This document shows positions 7,897-17,455 of a stretch of 64,000 nt of DNA, piece by piece (position 1 is the stretch's first letter; every line of letters starts with the position of its first letter). This DNA is from Vitreimonas sp. (lineage in GTDB: Bacteria; Patescibacteriota; Microgenomatia; UBA1400; PJMF01): contig DASPLQ010000012.1 in assembly GCA_035627515.1 (NCBI GenBank), forward strand, positions 1,344,517-1,408,516, read 5' to 3'. The translations under genes and the position numbers were made by a program. The notes beneath the pieces are model-generated. The model searched no databases, was not told the DNA's origin, and was given only the letters and a program-made list of their open reading frames with translations.

Positions 7897-8758
7897 CTAA
7901 AAACTCCAACACTGCCTTTTGAAACCCCTCGGGATCATGCCAAAAGATGTCATGACCAGTCGGAAACTCCTGATACTCTTTGGTCGTTTCTAAAGCTCGG
8001 TAAATATCACTAGCATCTTCATGATCAACTGTTTGATCTTTTTCAGCTGAAAATAAAAGCACCGGCACTTTAATATTACCCACCACAGCCATAGGAGTGT
8101 TACCTGGGTAGCTTCGGCCAAACTCTAAGTAACCCGCTGTGGTCATAAATGGGGTAAATATGCTGGCTGGAAAACCTTCTTTATCGATTCTGAAGGCAAA
8201 GAGGGACTGCAAGTTTTTATACGGCACAGAGGCAATAATAAAATCACCCTTCTGGGTTTTACCGACAGTTACTAGTGAAGTGGTAGCGCCCATGGAGATA
8301 CCCAAGTAGCCAATCTTCTTATCTTTATTTTCAGAGAGGGAAGAGAGGTGATCATAAACAGCTTCTAAATCTTGCCATTCTTTGACACCCATATAAATTT
8401 TTTCTCCCTCACTCTCACCAAAACTCCGCATATCAACTAATACTGTCGAGTAACCAGCTTTTCTCAGGTAGGGGACATGCCCCAACATGCTGGTCTTACC
8501 ACCGGGGTTGCTGTACCCATGAACTAAAATGACTACTGCTTTGGGATTTTTGACTGGAAAAGACCAGTACGCAATCTGTTGGCCATTAGCATTGGTTACA
8601 AATTGGGTTTCGGCCGTCAAACCATCAGGAAACGTATATTCCGAAGCCTCGGCGTGGAAATTGAGTTGCGTATGGAGGCGATACCAGACATAGAGAAAGG
8701 CAATTACTATCCCTGTTAAGAATAGTAATATTAAAAAGAGAAGAATTTTCATAGCCAA
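7883..8758 (-). CDS. Membrane-anchored alpha/beta hydrolase
   Basis: VILVHGY, GYLGISMGA nucleophile elbow, D and H of the triad (EKDQTV, TGHD). Confidence 0.9.
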   Translation of the reverse strand: MAMKILLFLILLFLTGIVIAFLYVWYRLHTQLNFHAEASEYTFPDGLTAETQFVTNANGQQIAYWSFPVKNPKAVVILVHGYSNPGGKTSMLGHVPYLRKAGYSTVLVDMRSFGESEGEKIYMGVKEWQDLEAVYDHLSSLSENKDKKIGYLGISMGATTSLVTVGKTQKGDFIIASVPYKNLQSLFAFRIDKEGFPASIFTPFMTTAGYLEFGRSYPGNTPMAVVGNIKVPVLLFSAEKDQTVDHEDASDIYRALETTKEYQEFPTGHDIFWHDPEGFQKAVLEFLAKQV

Positions 8759-8803
8759 AAACTTAATTTAGATTGAGACATCAGTATCATTATACAGAAA
8801 TCT

Positions 8804-8851
8804 GTCATTTAAAGTTTACATTTTTAATTTAATATGTAACATCTAGATGAC
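8804..8851. repeat. 48-bp 17-14-17 element, copy 2
   Basis: GTCATTTAAAGTTTACA-N14-TGTAACATCTAGATGAC. Confidence 0.85.
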
Positions 8852-8881
8852 AGTTTTAGAAAAAGGCTATAATACTCCCAC

Positions 8882-9370
8882 ATGTTTGAAATTAAAGAAT
8901 TAACAGATTTAGACACTGCTTATCGCATCGGGCAGTTCTTAACAGGCCCCTATGCTTTCGAACATAACTGGGCACCGAATGAAAAAGCGGTGGTGGAGCA
9001 AGCACCTATTGATAGCTTAACCGGCACAAACCATCAGTATTAGTATATCGAACACGAGGGTGAGATTATTGCGGCGATTGGAGTCCGCGAAAATAAATAT
9101 GGTAGTGGCGGCTATGAAATGGACACTGATTACATGGCGGTTCATAAAGAGTATCGCCAGCAAGGCTTAGCTACCTTAATGCTGCAAAAGGTTGAAGACT
9201 ATGTCAAAGCGAAAGGTGGACGATATCTCCACATCCTCTCCTGCGACATCGATTATCACATTCCCGCTCGAGCCTTTTACGAAAAACATGGCTTCCAAAA
9301 AGTGGGGTATATGCCTAATTACTACGTGCCTGGAGAAGGTCGCATTGATTATTACAAGGAACTGTTATGA
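8882..9370 (+). pseudogene. GNAT acetyltransferase interrupted by an in-frame TAG at 9041-9043
   Basis: TATAAT-N8-ATG at 8882; MFEIKEL...HQY*YIEHEGEIIAAIG... continues in frame into the 9119-9370 GNAT motif A (VHKEYRQQGLA; AFYEKHGF). Confidence 0.8.
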
Positions 9371-9438
9371 AAACACTGTTATTACTTTTTTTGGTTATCA
9401 TTCCGGCTATTAAAGTGTGGTGGAATAAGAAGTCTTAA

Positions 9439-9783
9439 TTACCTTACCATCGTACCCGGTTTCACCTCAGCTCCAACTTCAACTAAAGTGGGAACGTTCG
9501 CTTCATCTACTGCCATCAACATCATGCCTTGGCTGACACCTTGGCCCATTTTACGCTCAGCTAAATTAGCAATAAAAATGAATGACTTACCGATGAGATC
9601 CTCAGGTGTATAAAATTGTTTAATACCAGACATTATAGTTTTTTGACCAATTTCCTCACCAAAATCGACCTGATACTCAATCAGCTTCTCACTCCACTCT
9701 GGTACCTGTGCAGCGATGATTTTACCAACTCGTAAATCTAGTTTTTCAAAATCGGGGTAGTGGATGATATCTTTCATAGGCAA
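9439..9783 (-). CDS. tRNA-binding OB-fold protein (Trbp111/CsaA/MetRS C-terminal-like)
   Basis: FEKLDLRVGKI, VDFG, SGIKQFY.PEDL, ANLA.RK, SQGMML. Confidence 0.9.
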   Translation of the reverse strand: MPMKDIIHYPDFEKLDLRVGKIIAAQVPEWSEKLIEYQVDFGEEIGQKTIMSGIKQFYTPEDLIGKSFIFIANLAERKMGQGVSQGMMLMAVDEANVPTLVEVGAEVKPGTMVR

Positions 9784-9827
9784 AAATTATACCAGATGTT
9801 TGAGCTTTGCGAGGTTATAATGGCTGC

Positions 9828-10412
9828 ATGACTCAACACGCTAAATGGAAAATAATTAATCAGCAGGACGTCTCGCCGAGCCCTTGGTTTCCAATTGTAA
9901 AAGATGAAGTGGAGTTGCCGAATGGGAAACGAGTTGAGTATTTTCGGTCACAGTTAGCGAATGTAGCGATGGTAATAGCTATTACCAAACAAAAAGAAGT
10001 GGTATTTGTTCGCCAATACAAACATGGGATAGGAGAGGTTTGTATTGAACTGCCAGCTGGACGGATTGAGGTTGGCCAAACTCCCCGCGCAGCTGCTCTT
10101 CACGAGTTACAGCAAGAAACAGGGGTTAGTATCGCTGAAACTCAATTAATTGAAGTAGTTGAATTGTGGACAGAACCCAGTAAAAGTCAGGTCAGAGTGT
10201 ATGGGTTTTTGGTGACAGAAGTTGAAATTACCGACGCACAAAATTTAGAAGAAACCGAAGACATTGAAGTCATAAAAGTGCCTTTGCACGAGCTTTCCAA
10301 CTTCCTACTCACTGAAGTACACGCCTCCGACACTATGGCATTATTACTTCTTGCCCAGCAAAAGTGGCCAGAGCTATTTGATGACCTAAAAGCCAAACAC
10401 TTAATCAAATAA
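9828..10412 (+). CDS. NUDIX hydrolase (ADP-ribose pyrophosphatase-like)
   Basis: VRQYKH...IELPAGRIE.GQTP..AA.HELQQETG. Confidence 0.88.
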   Translation: MTQHAKWKIINQQDVSPSPWFPIVKDEVELPNGKRVEYFRSQLANVAMVIAITKQKEVVFVRQYKHGIGEVCIELPAGRIEVGQTPRAAALHELQQETGVSIAETQLIEVVELWTEPSKSQVRVYGFLVTEVEITDAQNLEETEDIEVIKVPLHELSNFLLTEVHASDTMALLLLAQQKWPELFDDLKAKHLIK

Positions 10413-12137
10413 CTCTTTATACGTCCCTTTTTTGATTAAGCGACCTTTTTCAAAGTGGTAAATATAATCGGTGTTCTTGAGTGTTGAGGTGCGGTGAGCA
10501 ATGGCGATAATCGTCACCCCTTTGAGTTCTTTTTCGATGGCCGCATGAATTTTTTCTTCAGTGGCTGTATCAAGATGCGATGTGGCTTCATCTAAGATCA
10601 AGATTTGGCTTTGTTTACAGATAGCCCGAGCCAAAGCAATTCGCTGGCGCTCACCTCCAGAAACTCGATACCCACGCTCACCAATTAACGTCTCTAAACC
10701 CTCAGGAAGCTTGCTAATTAATTTAGCTAGTTGGGCAATTTTAATGGCTTTGAGCAAAATTTCCTCAGGGATGTTTTTCATCGAGGTGATATTTTCCCGG
10801 AGACTAAAATTAAACATCTCTGATTCTTGCGGCACTACGGTCACGTGGGTAGTGAGTTCATCGTGAGAAATGTCACTAAGATTGCGCTTACCAATCAAAA
10901 TGTGACCTCGGGTAGGAGTATATAAACCTAAAAGTAACTTAGCCAATGTCGATTTGCCGCTTCCAGAACTTCCTACAATACCCACCTGATCACCGCGCTT
11001 AATTATGAGATTAATATCGCTTAAGGTAGCTTCGTGTTGGTACTTAAAATCCAAGTTTTTAAGCTCGATGCTTTGCCACTCAGCTGGGAAAGCTAGGGTA
11101 CCTTGGCGAGCGTCAAGGTCAGTCCAAAACAGTGGCATCATTCTACTCACCATCAATCTCATTCTGACTAAGCGCTCAAAGTATCCTGTCATGTCATTTA
11201 TGGCTTTACGAATATCATTAAAGTAACTGTAAAAAATAAACACCGAACCTAAGGACACTCTGCCAGCTAAAACATCACTCCCAAGCATATACAAAAAAAT
11301 GGTCGATACTACGGCAGTATCAACTTGAAAAAACTTCCACTTATAAATATTGAGTGCGGAGATCTCTTGGTTGTAAGCTCTTAACAGAGCTTCAGCTGAG
11401 GCGACTTTCCCCTGCAGTGATTTGCCCATTCCTAAGCTTTTAATTGATAAAATGTTTGACAACCCTTCATAGTATTTCCCTGAAGCATTCTCGCGAGCCA
11501 TATTGAATTCTTCATATTTATTATTAATGCGGTTATAAAAGAATTTCTCAATCAGAAAAAAGACCATCGCATAGACTCCGATCAATACAAAATACTTAAG
11601 ATCAAAAATAAAAAAGACTACCGTCACTCCGATCAGCGTGGATAGCAAATCGTAGAGTTTCTCTTGTAATAAAGCTAAAAAATCGCTCACCCCATTCGCC
11701 CCAGCCTCAATCCGCTGCACTTTATTCCCGGTATTTTCTTTCTCGTGCCAAGTCAAAGAAAAATCCAGCAATTTTTGAAACCCAGAAACTTTAATGCGGT
11801 ACACAATATCCAGTGTCAAGATTTCCATCTGATTTTTGGCTGATAAGCGAATGATGCTGATCACCCCCCAACTGACGCCAAATAAGCCCACCCATAAGTA
11901 AAAAGGTTGTAGAGACATGCCCGGACGATAAACAGTCAAAAAATCAACCATTCGTCCCAAAATAAATGGCGGCAACAAGGGATAGAAAAAAACACAGAAC
12001 AATACTATGTTCCAAAAAATGAATCGGTTTCTGATTGGTTGGGCAAAAAACCAAATCGAGCGTAAAAGATGCCACCAGGAAAAAGTACTTTTTTCTCCAG
12101 CCGTTTCTGCTAACTTCTCAAATTTCTGTCGCTTCAT
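10401..12137 (-). CDS. ABC transporter ATP-binding/permease fusion
   Basis: 6 TM segments, Walker A GSSGSGKS, signature VSGGERQR, ILILDEATS. Confidence 0.95.
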   Translation of the reverse strand: MKRQKFEKLAETAGEKSTFSWWHLLRSIWFFAQPIRNRFIFWNIVLFCVFFYPLLPPFILGRMVDFLTVYRPGMSLQPFYLWVGLFGVSWGVISIIRLSAKNQMEILTLDIVYRIKVSGFQKLLDFSLTWHEKENTGNKVQRIEAGANGVSDFLALLQEKLYDLLSTLIGVTVVFFIFDLKYFVLIGVYAMVFFLIEKFFYNRINNKYEEFNMARENASGKYYEGLSNILSIKSLGMGKSLQGKVASAEALLRAYNQEISALNIYKWKFFQVDTAVVSTIFLYMLGSDVLAGRVSLGSVFIFYSYFNDIRKAINDMTGYFERLVRMRLMVSRMMPLFWTDLDARQGTLAFPAEWQSIELKNLDFKYQHEATLSDINLIIKRGDQVGIVGSSGSGKSTLAKLLLGLYTPTRGHILIGKRNLSDISHDELTTHVTVVPQESEMFNFSLRENITSMKNIPEEILLKAIKIAQLAKLISKLPEGLETLIGERGYRVSGGERQRIALARAICKQSQILILDEATSHLDTATEEKIHAAIEKELKGVTIIAIAHRTSTLKNTDYIYHFEKGRLIKKGTYKELFD

Positions 12138-12195
12138 AGCAGTGATTATACAGGCCAATTAACATTCTTCAGTTCAAATGAAAAACCTTCGATAG

Positions 12196-12768
12196 CTACC
12201 TAAGTACTTCTTCTAGCAACTCAGGGAATTCATTAGTGTTCATTTGGAAAAATAAGAAGTGTTGTTTATTTTCCAATCTCACCACACGCGGTTTAAGGGC
12301 TTGATTGTATAAATCAAAAGCTTTCATCATGTGAGGTAAATCGTTAGAAATAAAAATCACTATCTCATTGGCTAAATGAGGAACCTCTCTGGGCAACTCA
12401 AAGTCATATAAATCTTTTCTGCTATCATCGTCAGTTTCCGGCACACGGGCTGGAGCTACTAAAATTAATTTATGGATTTTTCTACCGGTGTCTAATAACC
12501 ACCGCACAATAAAAGCCCCTCCACAGCTATGCCCAACCACCACCGTTTTTTCAGTCACAGGGTATTTCTCAAACTCTTTTTTCCACTCCACATATTTGGG
12601 GTTCCAGGAAACCGGCATATCTAACGCCGTAGCATCTAAACCCTTTTCTTGGAGCTTATCTGCTAACCAATTCATCCACCGTTTCTCTTTCGGCATTAAC
12701 ATCGCCTCACTAGGAGGACAACCGTGAAGAACATAGTATTTGTCGGGGATGGTTTTTGGGAAGTTCAT
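12196..12768 (-). CDS. YdeN/RBBP9-like alpha/beta hydrolase
   Basis: VLHG, WMNWL, VVGHSCGG, ILVAP, QHF. Confidence 0.85.
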   Translation of the reverse strand: MNFPKTIPDKYYVLHGCPPSEAMLMPKEKRWMNWLADKLQEKGLDATALDMPVSWNPKYVEWKKEFEKYPVTEKTVVVGHSCGGAFIVRWLLDTGRKIHKLILVAPARVPETDDDSRKDLYDFELPREVPHLANEIVIFISNDLPHMMKAFDLYNQALKPRVVRLENKQHFLFFQMNTNEFPELLEEVLR

Positions 12769-12778
12769 AATTGAAATC

Positions 12779-13258
12779 CTAGTCGTGATTAATAGTTCCA
12801 CCTATAGCTCTGTGAAAAAAAACCACTTTGCCTTGATAAAGTATTTCTTCATAGCCTGAAAAGTTAGTAATATCGCCTTCTTGTCGGTAGCGGTATTCCC
12901 AGTTACCGGCTTTGTAGTTTTGAGGACCTCTCAGAGATCGAAATGTATCATCGTCTTGAGACAAAGCAGTTTTGAGAAAACTAAATGTATCATGAGCCAG
13001 CTGCTCATTTCCTTCAGTCATGCCTCCACAGTATGAGTTGGTCCAAACAATTTTTCCTTGAAACCTAACCACTTCTTGCCCCGCTGATTTTGTATGGCCA
13101 GTATAACTATCAAGATAGTCCCAATCTCCCTGCTTAAAATCAAACTCAATAAAATCTCTGCGCTCACTCGTTTTTAATGGTGGTTTACCACTCGCATATG
13201 TTGATTTTCCAGCCAGGTCAACAAAATCAAATAACTGAGAGGTGAAGTTGGTGTTCAT
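12779..13258 (-). CDS. DUF5680-like protein
   Basis: YLDSY.G..AGQEVV..VW.NSY.GG, RGP, F.G.EEI. Confidence 0.7.
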   Translation of the reverse strand: MNTNFTSQLFDFVDLAGKSTYASGKPPLKTSERRDFIEFDFKQGDWDYLDSYTGHTKSAGQEVVRFQGKIVWTNSYCGGMTEGNEQLAHDTFSFLKTALSQDDDTFRSLRGPQNYKAGNWEYRYRQEGDITNFSGYEEILYQGKVVFFHRAIGGTINHD

Positions 13259-13296
13259 AAAGTGAGTTTAACACAGATGAAGTGATTGGAGAGAAT

Positions 13297-13644
13297 TTAT
13301 TTGTTCTGAAACCGGATGAAGTAAAACTCGCTTACATCATCAGACTTGTTTTCTATTTCGTGCTCAGTATCTGCAGGAAAAATAAACCGATCTCCAGATT
13401 GATAAACTTCTTCTTTACCAAAGGCATCTCTTATTACTCCTTCACCTTTAATAACAACACAAATCTCAACAATGTTAGCGTGTTTGTGCATTGTCCATTT
13501 TTCTGAAGCAGGCAGATAGCCGTAGGTGAAGGCCTCAAAATAAATAGATAAGGTCTCATCTTTTGATACTAAAAGTTTTCGAGAACCGGTCGCGTGTGGA
13601 GTTTCTTCTATTGGAATGTCTTGAATGTTTTTTTTGGAGAACAT
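13297..13644 (-). CDS. Cupin domain protein
   Basis: HKH..VEIC.VIKGEG, GD.FIFPADTEH.IEN. Confidence 0.88.
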   Translation of the reverse strand: MFSKKNIQDIPIEETPHATGSRKLLVSKDETLSIYFEAFTYGYLPASEKWTMHKHANIVEICVVIKGEGVIRDAFGKEEVYQSGDRFIFPADTEHEIENKSDDVSEFYFIRFQNK

Positions 13645-13707
13645 GAGCTCATTTTAACAGCACGTTACAGTTAAATGAAAGTCTGATTGCGATATATTTA
13701 TATCTTG

Positions 13708-13781
13708 TGAGTCGGGTGGGACTCGAACCCACGACATTCTGCTTAAGAGGCAGACGCTCTAACCGACTGAGCTACCGACCC
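13708..13781 (-). tRNA. tRNA-Lys(CTT)
   Basis: Reverse strand GGGTCGGTAGCTCAGTCGGTTAGAGCG-TCTGC-CTCTTAA-GCAGA-ATGTCGTGGGTTCGAGTCCCACCCGACTCA. Confidence 0.95.
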
Positions 13782-13808
13782 TCACATTCATAACTTTTTA
13801 TTAACGAG

Positions 13809-13877
13809 CATTCTGCTTAAGAGTCCGTCAGCTGACGGATCTAACCGACTGACCCGCCAGCCGGCGGGCTCACATTC
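13809..13877 (-). repeat. Degenerate tandem copy of tRNA-Lys 5' half carrying two 16-bp hairpin replacements
   Basis: Blocks CATTCTGCTTAAGAG, TCTAACCGACTGA, CTCACATTC repeat 13735-13789, separated by TCCGTCAGCTGACGGA and CCCGCCAGCCGGCGGG. Confidence 0.85.
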
Positions 13878-13948
13878 CGTAAGACTGATTATTTTAGCAC
13901 AAACTTGAGTAGAAATTGGGAGAAATTAAGGTGTTACAATCATTAGAG

Positions 13949-14476
13949 ATGCAAGAGATTACTTTAGAGGTCAATCTAAAAACTATCCCCCCCGTGATTA
14001 AACGTCGTCGCCAAGTATTAATTGTCCTGAAAAATGCTGAAGGTAATTATATTTTGGGTCATAAAAATCATTACCCACCGGGGGTATCAAGATTTGTGGG
14101 TGGGGGAATGGAAGAAGGGGAAGAGCCATTGCATGCCGCAGTCCGCGAACTTCATGAAGAAACAGGCATTTTGGCCGATGAAAACCACTTACGGCCACTC
14201 AGAAAGGTGGTAGTAGTAGCTACCACTCCTGACCAGCTACAAACCCACTTTGAAGTGTATTTATTTGCCTACCAACTCAACGATGAAACGCTTAAAGCCA
14301 GCGATGATTTAGATAACGTCGTGGAGTTGACGCCGGATTTAACCACTAAATTAATCGATACCTTTGATAACTTAAACGCTGACATTCACCCAGCTCTTAA
14401 CTTTTCTTGGCAAGATTATGGCAAAGTATATGGCCACATTCATCAGCTGGGCTTTGAGTTGACGCAAAAAAATTAA
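13949..14476 (+). CDS. NUDIX hydrolase
   Basis: GGGMEEGEEPLHAAVRELHEETG Nudix box. Confidence 0.88.
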   Translation: MQEITLEVNLKTIPPVIKRRRQVLIVLKNAEGNYILGHKNHYPPGVSRFVGGGMEEGEEPLHAAVRELHEETGILADENHLRPLRKVVVVATTPDQLQTHFEVYLFAYQLNDETLKASDDLDNVVELTPDLTTKLIDTFDNLNADIHPALNFSWQDYGKVYGHIHQLGFELTQKN

Positions 14477-14549
14477 CTTTTTATTAATTTTCCAGATGTG
14501 CACTCAGCGCTCATTGCTGTAGAGCTTTGTTTCAGTCTACAATCAACTC

Positions 14550-15407
14550 ATGATCCAGCTGATCGACCAAAATCAGTTTAGTGCTGAGTTCGCTCTCCAC
14601 AAGAAATATGCTCAATCAGAGCTGTTATTGGATTTGGTGTGGACACACTCGCACATCATCATGAGTGTCTCGCTTAATTTGTATGACTCAGGCCGCTTTG
14701 ATGTCACTCAAATGCCCCGCGAATTAGTCTCTAAAGCGGCTTTACTACATGATATCGGTGTCTATGGATGCTCAGGTTTTGAGTGGTTACCAGGCCAACC
14801 TCTCTCAGATAAACCGTATGCGCAACATACCCTAATCGGCGCTGAGATTCTTCAGCGAGAAGGTTTCTCGCAAGAAATTATTGATGTGGCCAAAATTCAC
14901 ACCGGAGTCGGGCTCAGCTCCGAAGACATCACTACCTATGGCATGGAGTTGCCAGCCGGTGAGTACATGCCATCGACGCCGCTCCAGTGGTTGATTACCT
15001 ATGCATCTAAATTTCATAGCAAAGCACCGCGCTTCAAAACCGCTACCGATATTGAAGTCGCCCTCTCTAAATACGGCACTGATAAAGTGGAGCGCTTCAA
15101 GCAATTGCAAGCTACTTTTGGTTTACCTAATTTAGAGGATATTAAGCCTCGCTATGAAGAGTGGCACAAAAACTTTAATTTCCGCATCACACAGTTAGCT
15201 AATGGCTCTGCCGGAAATGCTGCAGCATTACCTAATGTGCCCGTCGAGCTGAGTTCCGCTGGCATTAGTCTTTCTAAGCCTAAAGCGGTCACCGTCCAAA
15301 TTACACCTCTAGAAATTGAAACTCCGACCGCTACCGCTACGACCGCCAACTCGGCGCCCATGACCTTAGCTACGAACCAGACCGGGCCCGTTGCACGGCT
15401 TTCTTAA
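14550..15407 (+). CDS. HD (HDIG-type) domain protein with low-complexity C-terminal tail
   Basis: WTHS, LLHDIGVY, HTLIGAEIL, HTGVG, YASKFHSK. Confidence 0.85.
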   Translation: MIQLIDQNQFSAEFALHKKYAQSELLLDLVWTHSHIIMSVSLNLYDSGRFDVTQMPRELVSKAALLHDIGVYGCSGFEWLPGQPLSDKPYAQHTLIGAEILQREGFSQEIIDVAKIHTGVGLSSEDITTYGMELPAGEYMPSTPLQWLITYASKFHSKAPRFKTATDIEVALSKYGTDKVERFKQLQATFGLPNLEDIKPRYEEWHKNFNFRITQLANGSAGNAAALPNVPVELSSAGISLSKPKAVTVQITPLEIETPTATATTANSAPMTLATNQTGPVARLS

Positions 15408-16368
15408 ACGCTAAATACTGGACTGTCGGTTGATTATTGCGGTCTAAAAAGGTGAAGTTACTAAACGGACCAGGATCGCCACGCAATAAGAATGGTGTCA
15501 CCGCGATCACTTGCGGATGTGACCAGACATGTTGCAAAGCATACAAGTAATACTCTTCTAGCCAACGTGAGGTTTGGCGATTAGCTATCCACCCCGTTTC
15601 TGTAATCATAACTTGTAAATCACGCCCTGTCTTATCTTTGATAAATTTTAATTCGTGTTCAAAACCACGCAACGAGTTCTGAGCAGTTCGTTCCGGTGAC
15701 GAGCTAAAGCCAGGATTAGGGTAAGAATGTGAGTTCCACACATCTATCTTATGAAAAATATCTGGGTTATAGGCGTGCATGCGATTTAAGTAGGTAAAGG
15801 CTTCCATGGTTTCTGTCCCATTCGGAGCTGCTAAGTCCATAGCAGCAGGCAAGACCACAAAGTTTTTACCTTCTGCATGAGCCCAATCGGCAGCAAAACT
15901 TAAAATGTCGGCATACTCTTCAGGGTTGATGGTACCACCCCATTCCTTAGCGTGATTAACTTCATTGAACATTACGACGTGACGTTGATCAGTGGGCCAG
16001 TCTTGTTTCTTCAAAAACGTCATCAACAACACAATTTCTTTGCGATTGGGCACTTTCCAAGCTCCATTTTCAAATCGGGAGGTCAGCCGGACGATGGGAA
16101 TAATCTTTTTTTCTTTGGCTGCATTTAAAAAGCCTTGCCATTCATCTTTTTTATCCAAATCATTCAAACTTAAAGGAATTGTCACATACTGCCACTCATC
16201 TGGCTTGGCCTCATCAGTGATTAATTTTTTGGCATCATCAATTTCATAAGGGTGGAGAATATGGACACCTAACACATCGCCCGAAGCAGCGGATACTAGA
16301 GTAGGGAAACTCAAAAAGCTCGTTATAACGAGCAAACCTAAAATGAGTGATTTAAAGCCCCATTTCAT
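15370..16368 (-). CDS. Secreted glycoside hydrolase, clan GH-A type
   Basis: Signal peptide; FNEVN acid/base, HSYP and ITETGW nucleophile motifs. Confidence 0.75.
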   Translation of the reverse strand: MKWGFKSLILGLLVITSFLSFPTLVSAASGDVLGVHILHPYEIDDAKKLITDEAKPDEWQYVTIPLSLNDLDKKDEWQGFLNAAKEKKIIPIVRLTSRFENGAWKVPNRKEIVLLMTFLKKQDWPTDQRHVVMFNEVNHAKEWGGTINPEEYADILSFAADWAHAEGKNFVVLPAAMDLAAPNGTETMEAFTYLNRMHAYNPDIFHKIDVWNSHSYPNPGFSSSPERTAQNSLRGFEHELKFIKDKTGRDLQVMITETGWIANRQTSRWLEEYYLYALQHVWSHPQVIAVTPFLLRGDPGPFSNFTFLDRNNQPTVQYLAFKKAVQRARSGS

Positions 16369-16444
16369 AATTATAGGATATCATTTTTTAAGGCATTTGT
16401 CGAGGTTTGGATACAGAATGAAGAGTTTGGTATACTTAACAGAA

Positions 16445-17158
16445 ATGAAACGTTTATTTCTGGCTTACGCCTGGATGTTACTGACTGCAGGCGCGATGTT
16501 AACCTTAATTGCGGCTGTCCAGGTGTACGGTTTTCATACCCAAGTTACTACCCAAGCCAAGATACTTCATCCTGTCTTAACCGCTAGTGCTCAAGAACTG
16601 GACTCTACAGACGAAATAGGGGAGGTGAAAGGGATGGCAATTGTGGCTGAAGTGGATGATGCTCGACCTCAAATTGTGGCTAATTTCCTCAAGCGCTATA
16701 AATCACCACTTGAACCCCACGATTACTTTGGTCAATTTTTAGTTGATACAGCAGATAAAAATGGTCTTGATTTTCGCCTGCTTCCGGCGATTGCCATGCA
16801 AGAAAGTAACTTGTGTAAAAAAATCCCTGAAGGTAGCTATAACTGTCTTGGCTTCGGCATTCACTCTAGAGGTACCTTAGCATTCGAGAGTTATGAAGCA
16901 AACTTTGAGCGCGCCGCTCGCGAGCTGAAAAAGAACTATATTGATATTGGTTTAACCACTCCAGATCTGATCATGAAAAAATACACTCCCGGCAGTAATG
17001 GCAGCTGGTCTAACTCCGTGAAACAATGGATGGCAGAAATGCGCTATGATGACCGCAAATTAGGCAAAGCCCTGAAAACAGACACCAGTGTCCTCGAGTT
17101 CGCCGAAAGTTCTGAAAGTACTTCCTCTGCTTCACCAGCTCCCTCTTCCACACCTTAG
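16445..17158 (+). CDS. Membrane-anchored lysozyme-like / glucosaminidase-like cell-wall enzyme
   Basis: GLDFRLLPAIAMQESN, YNCLGFG, KYTP; N-terminal TM. Confidence 0.72.
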   Translation: MKRLFLAYAWMLLTAGAMLTLIAAVQVYGFHTQVTTQAKILHPVLTASAQELDSTDEIGEVKGMAIVAEVDDARPQIVANFLKRYKSPLEPHDYFGQFLVDTADKNGLDFRLLPAIAMQESNLCKKIPEGSYNCLGFGIHSRGTLAFESYEANFERAARELKKNYIDIGLTTPDLIMKKYTPGSNGSWSNSVKQWMAEMRYDDRKLGKALKTDTSVLEFAESSESTSSASPAPSSTP

Positions 17159-17221
17159 CCTGGTAATTCAGCTAGCTAAAGCTTAACTTCAAGCAATTGA
17201 ACTGATGTATTTTGATAACTA

Positions 17222-17250
17222 TTGACAGACTTATAATATTTTGATATAGT
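17222..17250 (+). promoter_or_regulatory. Near-consensus sigma70 promoter
   Basis: TTGACA-17 bp-TATAGT. Confidence 0.7.
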
Positions 17251-17254
17251 TTGA

Positions 17255-17330
17255 TTACCTCAGAAGGTCTCCCTCACCGGGTTGAAAGCCTTACTTCGGT
17301 AAGGTGTGAACGGCAGTACGTTCTGAGTAA
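17255..17330 (+). ncRNA. Candidate small structured RNA of unknown family
   Basis: Between a promoter and a terminator; CTCAGAA/TTCTGAG closing stem, TCAC/GTGA, GCCTTAC-TTCG-GTAAGGT tetraloop hairpin. Confidence 0.55.
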
Positions 17331-17333
17331 AAT

Positions 17334-17364
17334 AGCCCTCCGAGCTCAGCTCGGGGGGCTTTTT
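17334..17364. terminator. Bidirectional intrinsic terminator
   Basis: AGCCCTCCGAGC-TCA-GCTCGGGGGGCT-TTTT, with AAAAT on the other side. Confidence 0.75.
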
Positions 17365-17366
17365 GT

Positions 17367-17455
17367 TGGTGCCGAGAACAGGAATCGAACCTGCACGCCT
17401 TTTGAAGGGCACTGGATTCTAAGTCCAGCCTGTCTACCAATTTCAGCATCTCGGC
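17367..17455 (-). tRNA. tRNA-Leu(TAG)
   Basis: Reverse strand GCCGAGA...CTGGA-CTTAGAA-TCCAG, long variable arm, GGTTCGATT, CCA encoded. Confidence 0.95.

Noticed and set aside
9041-9043. Genome-wide TAG reassignment or pyrrolysine
   Set aside because: TAG ends conserved genes at the expected positions here (e.g. merR 6282, uvrA 48646), and no pyl genes are seen
17288-17300. 13-mer GCCTTACTTCGGT shared with the lexA upstream region (37175-37187)
   Set aside because: Multiple 13-mer matches are expected by chance in 64 kb, and the flanks are unrelated
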